Notes: generated from the letters alone by a model not told the origin. Counted from the first letter of the stretch, positions 8,053 to 17,033 are shown. The stretch is 64,000 bases of DNA from a virus (IMGVR_UViG_3300021399_000125:34175-98174), one strand, 5' to 3'. A program made the numbers and translations.

Positions 8053-8210
8053 GCGTCCTCTACGAAATCCGCATTATCGATCATGTTACGGCTGGTTTTG
8101 GCACGATCAGTGTCAAAATGCCGGACAGGTCAGACCCGGTGTTTTTCAAACCGGAGAGGCCGGAGGAGGCTGTGTTGAAACTGAAACAGGAGGTGTCCGA
8201 CAATGGCTGA
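8049..8210 (+). CDS. Small hypothetical protein
   Basis: AGGAGGTG SD, ATGA overlap. Confidence 0.5.
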   Translation: MSVLYEIRIIDHVTAGFGTISVKMPDRSDPVFFKPERPEEAVLKLKQEVSDNG

Positions 8211-8508
8211 TCTGGTTATCCGTGGCATGGAACTGCCGAAGGAGCGAAGCCTGTGGCTCTGCATTAAGACAGACGGAACTGTGTACAACATTAAGCCGGG
8301 CGGAATTAGGACGGCGCAAGCAGTTGGAACTGTAATCCCCCTCCCCGAAGGGCATGGGAAGCTGGGCGATCTGGATAAGTTATACGCAATTGCAAATGAG
8401 AGGTCGATGGGAATATACGGCCCTGTGAATTATATGTGCGTTATTACCGGAGATGATATCTTAAAAGCTCCCACCATTATTCCAGCGGAAGGAGGACCGG
8501 ACGAATGA
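8203..8508 (+). CDS. Hypothetical protein (LPEGHGKLGDLD...APTII motif)
   Basis: AGGAGGTG SD. Confidence 0.7.
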   Translation: MADLVIRGMELPKERSLWLCIKTDGTVYNIKPGGIRTAQAVGTVIPLPEGHGKLGDLDKLYAIANERSMGIYGPVNYMCVITGDDILKAPTIIPAEGGPDE

Positions 8509-8708
8509 AATACACCGTGACTTTTATTCAACATTGGAGCTACGAAGTAGAGGCTAAAACGACAGAAGAAGCCGAAACTGTTGCTTACGAAAAATTCAGA
8601 GCCGATATGCATTATCCTGTCGCTTACACTTGCTATGATGAAGTGGAGTTTGATCCGGACATGGACGAAGACGAATACATGGAAACAGACATGGATGGAG
8701 AATCATGA
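8505..8708 (+). CDS. Small acidic hypothetical protein
   Basis: GGAGG SD; EVEAKTTEEA. Confidence 0.6.
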   Translation: MKYTVTFIQHWSYEVEAKTTEEAETVAYEKFRADMHYPVAYTCYDEVEFDPDMDEDEYMETDMDGES

Positions 8709-8911
8709 TGGCTGAACTGAAGCCGTGTATAAAATGTGGCAAACGGAGGCTGTTTGAATCCAATGAAAAATGGGGGCTCCTGTATTGGTATGGGATCGGC
8801 TGTCTGAATCCTGAGTGCCGTCACGAGCTGATCGTCGGGTACGGTTTTTCCGTCCGCAGTGCACGAGACCGCGCCGTGAGAAACTGGAACAGGAGGTTTT
8901 CCCATGCCTGA
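8705..8911 (+). CDS. Lar-family restriction alleviation-like protein
   Basis: ELKPCxxCG...CxxxxC...AVRNWNRR pattern. Confidence 0.65.
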   Translation: MMAELKPCIKCGKRRLFESNEKWGLLYWYGIGCLNPECRHELIVGYGFSVRSARDRAVRNWNRRFSHA

Positions 8912-9113
8912 TTGTCCGTATTGTCTGGAAACTGGAAACTCATTCCGCGTAATTAAACTTGACCCGGATAATCAAGTTGAAGTTGAGATCGTTGCCTGCA
9001 AAGAGCCGTATCTGATGGTTCGTTATTTTAACGATGGATGGCTTGCCAATTGGAGTATCGGGATGCAAATCAAATATTGCCCAATGTGTGGAAGGAGGCT
9101 TGACAATGGATGA
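8904..9113 (+). CDS. Small Zn-ribbon protein
   Basis: CPYC ... IKYCPMCGRRL. Confidence 0.7.
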   Translation: MPDCPYCLETGNSFRVIKLDPDNQVEVEIVACKEPYLMVRYFNDGWLANWSIGMQIKYCPMCGRRLDNG

Positions 9114-9384
9114 AACCTATGTAAATCTGGCCGATATCCTGAAAAAGAAGCAGTTTTCCTACGATTTGAAGCAGTACGCAATCACAGAAAAAGATGTTCG
9201 GTCTGCGAGGAAGATTGAAATTGTTCCCGATGAAGATGTTGGAGACATGGAATCTGCAATCACAGCCCTCGCAAACCGATGCGCTGTTTTGAGCCGTGGC
9301 ACCATGTGTGCATGGTGTGGTGATCCGGCGAAAAGCCTCTGCGAAAAGCACAGAACTGTATTCAGGAGGGCTAACAATGGCTGA
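9106..9384 (+). CDS. Hypothetical Cys-rich protein
   Basis: GGAGG SD. Confidence 0.6.
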   Translation: MDETYVNLADILKKKQFSYDLKQYAITEKDVRSARKIEIVPDEDVGDMESAITALANRCAVLSRGTMCAWCGDPAKSLCEKHRTVFRRANNG

Positions 9385-9703
9385 CAAGGACACAAATGTC
9401 CCCAACAAAACGGACTTCATCACCCGGGATGCGGCGATAGAACAAACATGCTTCAACTGTGCTGAAAGAGAAAGATGCAACGGCATTTGTGACGACACCG
9501 ACAGAATCCGGGCTATTCCCGCCGCAGATGTGAGGCCGGTGGTGCGGGGTCGGTGGCATGACGTTTATACAAGCTACCGATCTATCGTGTCGCAGACTTG
9601 CTCCGTTTGCGGGAAAAGACACGACACGACGGTGGAATGTGCAATGCCGGACTACTGCCCCAACTGCGAAGCTGATATGAGGGATGTAAAATCCGATGGC
9701 TAA
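9377..9703 (+). CDS. Zn-ribbon hypothetical protein
   Basis: AADVRPVVRGRW...CSVCG...YCPNCEADM. Confidence 0.75.
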   Translation: MADKDTNVPNKTDFITRDAAIEQTCFNCAERERCNGICDDTDRIRAIPAADVRPVVRGRWHDVYTSYRSIVSQTCSVCGKRHDTTVECAMPDYCPNCEADMRDVKSDG

Positions 9704-9793
9704 AATACCAGAATACTTTCATTTCCGTATAGTTTTTAAACGAAAAGGAACGGAAGTTGAATTGCATGATGTATCACAGAAAGAGGGCTGACA

Positions 9794-10084
9794 ATGCATG
9801 AGTTTTTGATCCCCTGTCTCATCCTCTCCGTGTTCGCCCTTGCGGTCGTCTATGTGCTGCATACCGTGCAGCTCGCAAGGCTTCGCTCGGCGGTTTTGCG
9901 CCTCGGCGCCCTCCCGGATTCCTATGTCAGGGTCGTCCGCTGCCGTGACTGTAAGCACCGCGGCACAGACGACTGCCCCATGCACATCAAGGGCATGCCG
10001 CCTGACGAATGGTTTCTCAAGTCCGTAGACAATGACTATTGCAGCCACGGCGAAAGGAAGGATACCTATGCACAAACATTATAA
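9794..10084 (+). CDS. Hypothetical protein, N-terminal TM plus Cys motif
   Basis: VVRCRDCKH...DYCSHGERK. Confidence 0.65.
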   Translation: MHEFLIPCLILSVFALAVVYVLHTVQLARLRSAVLRLGALPDSYVRVVRCRDCKHRGTDDCPMHIKGMPPDEWFLKSVDNDYCSHGERKDTYAQTL

Positions 10085-10093
10085 GGAGGGAAA

Positions 10094-10282
10094 ATGATGA
10101 ACAACAACAACAACACGTCTCGCCCAGGGGTCGGCTTTGTCGGCCTTCTCACCGTCGCCTTTATCGTTCTCAAGCTTACCGGCTTCATCACCTGGAGCTG
10201 GTGGTGGGTGGTTTCTCCCATCTGGATCTTCTGCGCACTGGTGTGTGTACTGGCTTTGATTTTCGGCCTTGCGTCTGAGTAA
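10094..10282 (+). CDS. Small membrane protein (LKLTG.I.WSWWWV.SPIW family)
   Basis: AGGAGG SD; widespread phage membrane motif. Confidence 0.75.
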   Translation: MMNNNNNTSRPGVGFVGLLTVAFIVLKLTGFITWSWWWVVSPIWIFCALVCVLALIFGLASE

Positions 10283-10292
10283 AGGAGGTTCT

Positions 10293-10514
10293 ATGAAAAA
10301 AGAAACGGTTCCCGATTCCGAGCTTGCAGCGCTCCGCGCCCAAAACGAAGAGCTTCTGCGTCTTGCCCGTAAAATGCACACCTGGATTTTCCTGAACACC
10401 TGCGACGAGCAGAAGGCCTACGATGAAATCGGCCTCACTGGCGAGCAGAACGCAATGCTGGGGTATCTCGGTTCCTATGAACTGGCAGGGGAGGAGGTGC
10501 CCGCCGATGCCTGA
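10293..10514 (+). CDS. Hypothetical protein
   Basis: AAGGAGG SD. Confidence 0.65.
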   Translation: MKKETVPDSELAALRAQNEELLRLARKMHTWIFLNTCDEQKAYDEIGLTGEQNAMLGYLGSYELAGEEVPADA

Positions 10515-10992
10515 AGCCCAATGGCTGGAGCGTGACGCCGGGCGCGGCGACACTGTGGAGTGTACCGCCTGCGGCGCGGTGTTTGACGCTGTGGCGCTTA
10601 TGGCCTGCACCGTGCATCCCACTTCCCAATATCCGGTCTACTGTCCCGCCTGCGGCCATCGCATGCGCATTGGCAAAAAGATTCTCCCGGACTTCTGTAT
10701 TGAGCGCGACGGCATCACATACACCCTGACCGATGACGAACTCATTCAAGCCTATTTCACCCAGTCAGAGCGGTTTGACTATGAAGAGATCGAGTCCGAG
10801 CTTGACGAAATGGTCAAAGACAAAACGCCGAAGCAGATCCTGGAGCAGTACGGCCGCTCCGAGACCATGCTCCGCGCCATGATCCCGCAGATTGCAGAGG
10901 CTTATCGCGACCGCCGCGACAGTGACAGCGCCTATTTGGAGGCCATCTATCAGTGCCGCGTTGCCGCCGTGGAGGAGGTGCTTGGCGCATGA
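10507..10992 (+). CDS. Zn-ribbon hypothetical protein
   Basis: CTAC...YCPACG; GGAGG SD. Confidence 0.65.
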   Translation: MPEAQWLERDAGRGDTVECTACGAVFDAVALMACTVHPTSQYPVYCPACGHRMRIGKKILPDFCIERDGITYTLTDDELIQAYFTQSERFDYEEIESELDEMVKDKTPKQILEQYGRSETMLRAMIPQIAEAYRDRRDSDSAYLEAIYQCRVAAVEEVLGA

Positions 10993-11147
10993 TGCCGCAT
11001 TACGCCCGTGTGGCCATTGGGATTCTGTGTGCCCTGTTTGCCTGCGTTTTCGCGGCCATGGATACGGTCCATAAGGAGCCCGATCCCCTCTATACGCCTT
11101 ACGCGGTCATCGTTCTGGCCTTCTACTGTCTGGCCGTCAATTTGTAA
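10989..11147 (+). CDS. Small membrane protein
   Basis: Two hydrophobic segments, ATGA overlap. Confidence 0.5.
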   Translation: MMPHYARVAIGILCALFACVFAAMDTVHKEPDPLYTPYAVIVLAFYCLAVNL

Positions 11148-11164
11148 ATAAGGAGTGTGGTTTT

Positions 11165-11515
11165 TTGGAATGGAACGTTCTGATCGGAGATTTTAACTCC
11201 GGTGAAATCGAGTCCTATAACGTCTTTCGCCACTCCGGGTTTGTGCGTGACGTTGCTCAAACCCTCCGTAAGTTCTCCGCGTCCACGCCCTGGGATGCTG
11301 AAGGTCTTGAAAATGAACTCAACAGGATCCTCCGGTATTATTTTTGGAGCAAGTGCGAGTGGGAAATCGTGGTCTCCCACTGGCCGCCGTGCCCGAAGAA
11401 CAAAAAGCTTCGCAGCGAAAAGGTGGACGTCTATAGTCAGGTCATGCTGAACTGGGACGTGTTTTATCAGTATCTGCTTCAGCACAGAGACGCGCTTTTG
11501 GAGGCGGCAACATGA
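11165..11515 (+). CDS. Hypothetical phage protein (YYFWSKCEWE...KVDVYSQV)
   Basis: AGGAG SD, TTG start. Confidence 0.75.
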   Translation: MEWNVLIGDFNSGEIESYNVFRHSGFVRDVAQTLRKFSASTPWDAEGLENELNRILRYYFWSKCEWEIVVSHWPPCPKNKKLRSEKVDVYSQVMLNWDVFYQYLLQHRDALLEAAT

Positions 11516-11703
11516 GCGCCCCCGTGCCGTCCTCCAGTTCTGAGCCTGTGATTACAAAGGTCACCACGCTCTTTTCCTGGTATGACCGCGAGGAGATCAT
11601 TGAAAACTGCACCGTCCAGATTCTGACCAATTCCAAAACCGGGGAGGTCAGCATCGGCTGGTGGCGGAACGACACCCCGCCCGTGGAGGTGTCCGATGAG
11701 TGA
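11512..11703 (+). CDS. Hypothetical protein (NCTVQILTNSKTGEVSIGWW)
   Basis: ATGA overlap. Confidence 0.65.
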   Translation: MSAPVPSSSSEPVITKVTTLFSWYDREEIIENCTVQILTNSKTGEVSIGWWRNDTPPVEVSDE

Positions 11704-11968
11704 CACCCAAGCCCTGTACTACTCGGTTTACCTGCGCAAGACGGACGAGCTGGTGGCCTTCGGCCCCGCCGCCAACTGCGCAAAAATGCTGGGTCTCAAA
11801 AACGTGGACGTCTTCTACCGTACCATGAACGCCGTCCGAAAAGGGCGTAATAAGAAATACGAATTTTATAGCGAACCTTTGTACTCTGAGGAGTACGATC
11901 CGGCCGAGCTCACGGCCTTCGGTCTTTCGCCCGGTTCCGGGAAGGAGGGGAGAGAAACTGTTCACTAG
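11696..11968 (+). CDS. NUMOD1-like small DNA-binding protein
   Basis: ELVAFG.A..CAKMLGL pattern. Confidence 0.5.
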   Translation: MSDTQALYYSVYLRKTDELVAFGPAANCAKMLGLKNVDVFYRTMNAVRKGRNKKYEFYSEPLYSEEYDPAELTAFGLSPGSGKEGRETVH

Positions 11969-12167
11969 CCAGGTTTTTGCGGTTTTTGTGCTGATCCTGT
12001 ACGGTTTTTCGGTGCTGCTCTGCGCTGCCGCCTTCGTGCTGGATATGCACGCAGACTACAGGGCGCAAACTCTCATGCAGGCCGCCTTTATTCTGGGCTT
12101 CCTGCTCATGAACATTGCCGCCGCCCACGCCCTGTCCGTCCTCATCATACAAGCCATCCATACATAA
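11958..12167 (+). CDS. Two-TM membrane protein with probable CTG start
   Basis: AAGGAGG SD upstream; LFTSQVFAVFVLILYGFSVLLCAAAF...; 69 aa; followed by a terminator. Confidence 0.45.
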   Translation: MFTSQVFAVFVLILYGFSVLLCAAAFVLDMHADYRAQTLMQAAFILGFLLMNIAAAHALSVLIIQAIHT

Positions 12168-12170
12168 CCA

Positions 12171-12194
12171 CCCGGCCCACCAGGCCGGGTTTTT
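12171..12194 (+). terminator. Rho-independent terminator
   Basis: CCCGGCC-CACCA-GGCCGGG followed by TTTTT. Confidence 0.7.
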
Positions 12195-12215
12195 CCATCC
12201 CCGCAACAGACCCCC

Positions 12216-12436
12216 GTAGGGGCGGATGTGGGCATCCGCCCGCATCGTAGGGACAAGCCTTGCTTGTCCGGCATTCGGAACGAATGCATTTGCCGCAGGC
12301 AAATCCCGCATGGCAACCGGGCGAATTGCCCTCCGGGCAATGGTTTGCTGCGCAAACCCGGACGAGCAATGCTCGTCCATACGTCCATGTTCGCGATCTG
12401 CACAAACCCCGTAGGGGCGGATGCCCACATCCGCCC
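12216..12436. repeat. GTAG-family REP cluster (BIME/REPIN-like)
   Basis: GTAGGGGCGGATGTGGGCATCCGCCC (12216-12241), GTAGGGACAAGCCTTGCTTGTCC (12247-12269), inverted GGACGAGCAATGCTCGTCCATAC (12360-12382), GTAGGGGCGGATGCCCACATCCGCCC (12411-12436), with several internal hairpins. Confidence 0.8.
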
Positions 12437-12490
12437 TGAAGGTCGCCACCCACCGTTTCACACATTACAAAGGAAAAGAAAGGAGAACTT

Positions 12491-13093
12491 ATGCAGGTTA
12501 AAATTTCCAAAGGCAATACCAAAATGGGCAGCATTCCAAGCGTCTCTCTTCCTTCGGTGGTCACCTGCCGGCAAGACTGTGAATGTTGCATCAAATGTTA
12601 CGCAAGAAAGCTGGAGCGCATTCGCCCCACGGTGCGCAATGCGTATCGCAGTAACCTGGATCTGCTTCTGAAGGATCCGGATACATATTGGCGCGAGGTG
12701 GAAACCGCGGTTTCGCTATCCAGGTTCTTCCGCTTCCACGTCAGCGGCGACATCCCGTCGCCAGAATATCTCTCCCATATGGTTTCCGTGGCAAGCCGCA
12801 ATCCCTCCTGTGAAATCCTGTGCTTCACCAAGCGGTATGACTTTGTCAACCGGTATTTGGATACCGGCGCCAAGCTGCCTGCAAATCTTCATCTCATCTT
12901 CAGCGGCTGGCGCGGCCTGCCGATGGTCAACCCCTATCGTCTGCCGGAGGCCCATGTGGTTTACCGGGACGGCACCACCACTGCCTCCTCCAAGGCGCGG
13001 TTTTGCGGCGGCAACTGCACCCAATGTGCCGCAACGTCGGAGGGTTGCTGGACTCTGGGCAAGGGAGACCAGATCAAGTTCCGCGAGCACTGA
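12491..13093 (+). CDS. GP88-family Cys-rich phage protein
   Basis: ISKGNTKMG.IPSVSLP..VTC...C...CYARK, FRFHVSGD, CGGNCTQC...CW. Confidence 0.75.
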   Translation: MQVKISKGNTKMGSIPSVSLPSVVTCRQDCECCIKCYARKLERIRPTVRNAYRSNLDLLLKDPDTYWREVETAVSLSRFFRFHVSGDIPSPEYLSHMVSVASRNPSCEILCFTKRYDFVNRYLDTGAKLPANLHLIFSGWRGLPMVNPYRLPEAHVVYRDGTTTASSKARFCGGNCTQCAATSEGCWTLGKGDQIKFREH

Positions 13094-13201
13094 TGTTGGA
13101 AAAAACGGCGCCCGGAAACCCGTTGTTTTCCAAGGGATTCCGGCACTTATGCACCTGGATTATATATGCAAGATAATCACTTGAAACCGGAGGAAACAAC
13201 C

Positions 13202-14359
13202 ATGATTTACTTTGATAACGCAGCCACCACCAAGCCCCTGCGTGAGGTGCTGGACGCCATGCGATACGCCTATGAGGAGTACGGCAATCCCGGCTCCAGG
13301 CATATCGCCGGCGCGTCGGCCAGGTCCGCCATGGATCACGCAAGATCAGCCATCGCATCCAGACTCCACGCCGGCGATGATCAGATTCTCTTCACCGCCG
13401 GCGCATCAGAATCCAATACCATGGTTTTCCGCGGTCTGGCAAAGCATCTGCTGAAGGCCGGGAAAACCAATCTCATCGTCTCTCAAATCGAGCATGACTC
13501 TGTCATCAACGCCGCAAGATCACTGGTCAAGGACTTCGGATTTTCCGTCACCTGGCTTTTGCCGGATGAAACCGGCAGGATCAGCGAGGAGCAGGTCTCC
13601 GCTGCCATCCTCCCGGAAACCGGGCTCTGCTCCGTGATGTACGTCAACAACGAACTTGGCACCGTCAACCCCGTCAGCAAGATCGGGGCGCTCTGTCATG
13701 AGCACGGTGTTCTGTTCCATACCGACGTCACCCAGGCACTCAGCGCCTACCCCATAGATGTCGGATATCTGAACTGCGATTTCCTGTCCGCATCCGCCCA
13801 TAAGATTCACGGACCCATGGGGGTCGGGCTTCTGTACGCCAAGGATACGTCCCTTCTGACACCGCAAATCTACGGCGGTGAGGATCAGGAGCTCGGCCTC
13901 CGCGGCGGCACCGAAAACGTCCCTGGCATTGCCGGGTTCGCCTCTGCGGTTTCCGCTCTGGATCTTTGGCGTGTCTCCTGGCAGCAGGATATCCGCGCCG
14001 TCAGAGAGCGGTTCCTCCAGGCGCTTGAATACTCCCTGAAATCCAAGGGGATTCCGGATTCCATGGTTTACACCGTTGACCCCGCGCACACCGTGCCAAA
14101 TATTCTCAGCCTGCGGTTTCCCGGCATCGACTCCGAAACCATGATGGCCATGCTCTCCCAGGTGGGGGTGTGCGTCTCCTCGGGTTCTGCCTGCCGTGCC
14201 CACTCCTCAGACCCCAGCCTGGTCCTGCTTTCCCTTGGCCTGTCCGCAGACGAAGCCCGCAGTACCCTTCGGGTTTCCTTCTCCCATTTTAACACCCAGG
14301 ACGAGGCCGCCGTGGCGGCCTTCCGGTTTGCGGACGTAGCCTCCATGCTTTTGCAGTAG
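13202..14359 (+). CDS. iscS: Cysteine desulfurase (IscS/NifS family)
   Basis: IYFDNAATT, YGNPGS.H, SAHKIHGP.GVG (PLP Lys), RGGTENVP, SSGSAC (catalytic Cys). Confidence 0.95.
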   Translation: MIYFDNAATTKPLREVLDAMRYAYEEYGNPGSRHIAGASARSAMDHARSAIASRLHAGDDQILFTAGASESNTMVFRGLAKHLLKAGKTNLIVSQIEHDSVINAARSLVKDFGFSVTWLLPDETGRISEEQVSAAILPETGLCSVMYVNNELGTVNPVSKIGALCHEHGVLFHTDVTQALSAYPIDVGYLNCDFLSASAHKIHGPMGVGLLYAKDTSLLTPQIYGGEDQELGLRGGTENVPGIAGFASAVSALDLWRVSWQQDIRAVRERFLQALEYSLKSKGIPDSMVYTVDPAHTVPNILSLRFPGIDSETMMAMLSQVGVCVSSGSACRAHSSDPSLVLLSLGLSADEARSTLRVSFSHFNTQDEAAVAAFRFADVASMLLQ

Positions 14360-14361
14360 CC

Positions 14362-14580
14362 ATGGCAATCCCCTCACAGCTTCCCAGGCGGGAGCTTCCC
14401 CTTGTGGATTACTTTGACCGGTCCGGGCAGCTCCTGTTCACGGTTTCCTGCAACGAGCGCCGCGACCAATATTTCCTGTACGATATGGCAGGGGAGAAGC
14501 CCTCCAGACTTGCGAAGGGCGTCTCTCCCGCCGCTCTTGAAGAAAAATACAACCTTGCCGGAAGGATCGGTGTGAAATGA
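14362..14580 (+). CDS. Hypothetical protein
   Basis: Contiguous ORF. Confidence 0.6.
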   Translation: MAIPSQLPRRELPLVDYFDRSGQLLFTVSCNERRDQYFLYDMAGEKPSRLAKGVSPAALEEKYNLAGRIGVK

Positions 14581-15248
14581 CAGATTACGAGTACGAAATT
14601 TTGCAAAAGAAGAGAACCGCCTCCGGCGCCAGACACAAAAAGGGCGGCAGCCGCAGTAAAAAGTGTGTGCTGCCCTCTGATTATTTTTCCAAAAAACAAA
14701 TCAAACAACTCAGCGGAGAGGTAAAACAGATGAATATCAATCAAAAGATGACCTGGCGGGAATTCAAGCTGCTGCCGTTGGATCTCCGGGAGGAGCACCT
14801 CCACTGGATCCTGGAGCAGTTCGGTGTCACCGCCACGCAGATCTCGTCCATGTTTGAGATCTCGCCGACCTACTTCAGCCACTATCTCCGGCAGGCTGGC
14901 ATCCGCGTGGTTTTTCCGCGTAAAAAGAAAAAGCCTACCCCCGCCCAGGAGTTTGCGTGGCTCCGGTTTTGCGGCGTCAGCGAAGAGCCGCCCGTCAAAC
15001 CCCTGCCTGCCGAGACGCTTCCCGTGCAGCCCCATGTGCCAACGCCCGGCCGGCCATGTCCCGTGCTCAGCTTTGACGGGTTTTCTCTGCGGTTTTCCGG
15101 GCAGATCGACATAGACGCCGTCACAAATTCCCTGCGCATGATCCTCGGCGGGCCAACCGGCAGAGGCAAGCTTACCCTTACCTTTGAGGCCGAGGAGAAG
15201 CTTCAGAAGGCGGAGCGTGACGTGGTCGGATTCTGTGCCGGCGCTTGA
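14577..15248 (+). CDS. Basic protein with probable HTH
   Basis: VTATQISSMFEISPTYFSHYL HTH-like segment; Lys/Arg-rich N-terminus. Confidence 0.6.
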   Translation: MTDYEYEILQKKRTASGARHKKGGSRSKKCVLPSDYFSKKQIKQLSGEVKQMNINQKMTWREFKLLPLDLREEHLHWILEQFGVTATQISSMFEISPTYFSHYLRQAGIRVVFPRKKKKPTPAQEFAWLRFCGVSEEPPVKPLPAETLPVQPHVPTPGRPCPVLSFDGFSLRFSGQIDIDAVTNSLRMILGGPTGRGKLTLTFEAEEKLQKAERDVVGFCAGA

Positions 15249-15273
15249 TTTTCCGGCTTCCATATGATATAAT
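15245..15273 (+). promoter_or_regulatory. Sigma-A promoter
   Basis: TTGATT-17 nt-TATAAT with extended TG. Confidence 0.75.
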
Positions 15274-15305
15274 ACTACCACAATCAAAGGAGAGGAGGGT
15301 TCCCG

Positions 15306-15851
15306 GTGTTTGAGTTCTTTATTCTGATGTTCGGCAGCCTGTTTCTGGCCGGCGGCGTAGCCCTGGATAAGATGGATCAAATCGCCGCCAAGCAGCGGCA
15401 AAAGGAGGCGAGCGCCCGCTATGAAGAGCAGAGGCGTCTGGCCAAAGAACAGTCCAAAAAGGACGAAGAAATCGTCCGGTCTCTGGTTTTAAATGACAGG
15501 AGCGCCACATTTTACCGCATCTGCCATAATAAAGAAGACACCCTCAAACAGGTCAACGCGGTTTTGCACACCATTGCCGGGTTTGAAGACTACACCGAAA
15601 CCAATGTCACCTCGCAGCTCAGCGTCTGCACCATGTATGCCCTCATGGGAAAGCTCAGATACGAAACCATACACTTCTATTCCTACTACGGGAAGTTTAC
15701 CATAGACCAGGAGCTTTCGTATCTGCGCTGGTTCCGTCAGACAATCTATGAGCGCTCCGGCGTCTGGCTCCCCATCTACATTACCGACTCTCCTCACCAC
15801 TACGAATTTGTAAAGGTTCTTCCGAGATATAAACTCATTGACGAGCCATAA
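15306..15851 (+). CDS. Membrane-anchored protein with its own promoter (moron-like)
   Basis: GGAGG SD, GTG start, N-terminal TM followed by a coiled coil. Confidence 0.7.
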   Translation: MFEFFILMFGSLFLAGGVALDKMDQIAAKQRQKEASARYEEQRRLAKEQSKKDEEIVRSLVLNDRSATFYRICHNKEDTLKQVNAVLHTIAGFEDYTETNVTSQLSVCTMYALMGKLRYETIHFYSYYGKFTIDQELSYLRWFRQTIYERSGVWLPIYITDSPHHYEFVKVLPRYKLIDEP

Positions 15852-15887
15852 CACACCATACGCCACACACAAAAAAGGAGGAATGCA

Positions 15888-16241
15888 ATGAGAATCCCCA
15901 CGCGCACCCTTGCCGACTGGCTGGTTGACGAAGCGAACGACCAATTCAAACGCAGCCACTATGATACCGTCTTGCGGTTTTCCGCCGCCGGACTGGAGCG
16001 CCTGCACACACTGTGCGACCGCATCGATCAGCTGGCGGACGAGCTGGATGAGACCGAAATCAACGTCGACCAGGATCCAGACAGCCTGAACTTCACCGTC
16101 CGGGTTTCCTGTGATCCGGAGCACCCCTCCGATGCTGCCTGCCGTCTGTTCTGGCAGCTGGTCACCGCCGGTGCGGATGCTCATGCAGAACCAGGCGCCC
16201 TCTGCTTCCTGCTTCCCGGCCCGTGGGAGAGCGCCACATGA
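15888..16241 (+). CDS. Hypothetical protein
   Basis: AAGGAGG SD. Confidence 0.7.
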   Translation: MRIPTRTLADWLVDEANDQFKRSHYDTVLRFSAAGLERLHTLCDRIDQLADELDETEINVDQDPDSLNFTVRVSCDPEHPSDAACRLFWQLVTAGADAHAEPGALCFLLPGPWESAT

Positions 16242-16477
16242 GACGCTCCACACAATCTGCGGTTCGCGGCGCCCAAAAGGCGATCACTGAGGCCCGCGAC
16301 CGGCTTCTTGAGACCATGGACAACGAGCAGATCGCCTACGAATCCCTCTCCGAGCGCGCCCAGGACGGCCCTCCCGGCGAGCGTATCGAGCAGATCATTG
16401 ACGATCTCAGCATCGTCTGCTCCGATCTGGACAGCGCCATCGATAAGCTGGAGGAAATGCTTCCGTCCACACGTTAA
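16238..16477 (+). CDS. Small coiled-coil protein
   Basis: ATGA overlap; EQIAYESLSE..QDG..GE motif. Confidence 0.65.
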   Translation: MRRSTQSAVRGAQKAITEARDRLLETMDNEQIAYESLSERAQDGPPGERIEQIIDDLSIVCSDLDSAIDKLEEMLPSTR

Positions 16478-16703
16478 TTCGCCTTTGATAGAGACATGCC
16501 CGGGCGATAAGCCCGGGCTTCTCTCATTGTGCAAATCAAACAAAAATTCAAAAATTGCTCCAAGTGTCCGATAAATCGTACAGTTTCAGTGCTATCATGG
16601 CACCGTAAAGAAAACCCGCGGTCCACTCCATCGGGAATTCTGTGTACACCTTTCTGAAACTGCCCAACGTAGCAACATGGTATTTGGAGGACGCATAGAG
16701 AAG

Positions 16704-17033
16704 ATGAAAAAATTGATGAATATTATGGAGTTTCGGAGATATACCAAAACCGCAAACCTCGGTCCGGTCATGTACCGCTCAGACAACCAGGAATGGTTTC
16801 GCGATACTGACCCGATCCGGTTCAAAGTCACATGTACCATTCGTGAAATCCGTCCTGAGCTTGGCTTAATTGTGCTGTCCTCCAGGGACGGCAGCGAAAT
16901 CTGCTTCAGCCGCGTCGTACATATCGGCATAGACACCGAGTGCTCTGTCCTCGGGACGGTCATCACCCTGATCTGTAAAAACGGAACCTGTCGCAATTCT
17001 CAAATTGCATACAAGCTGATTGCCTTGGCATAA
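16704..17033 (+). CDS. Hypothetical protein
   Basis: GGAGG upstream; not MazE/AbrB/RHH-like by eye. Confidence 0.6.
   Translation: MKKLMNIMEFRRYTKTANLGPVMYRSDNQEWFRDTDPIRFKVTCTIREIRPELGLIVLSSRDGSEICFSRVVHIGIDTECSVLGTVITLICKNGTCRNSQIAYKLIALA

Noticed and set aside
9391-9403. CACAAATGTCCCC match to the attP arm repeat
   Set aside because: Single copy inside a coding region (DTNVP); plausibly chance
12216-12436. CRISPR array or protein-coding ORFs (several tracked on both strands)
   Set aside because: Palindromic GTAG REP structure, not repeat-spacer; the ORFs lack SD sites and plausible composition
16581-16662. CAGTTTCAG/CTGAAACTG inverted repeat as a repressor operator
   Set aside because: Only 9 bp, widely spaced, not seen repeated elsewhere
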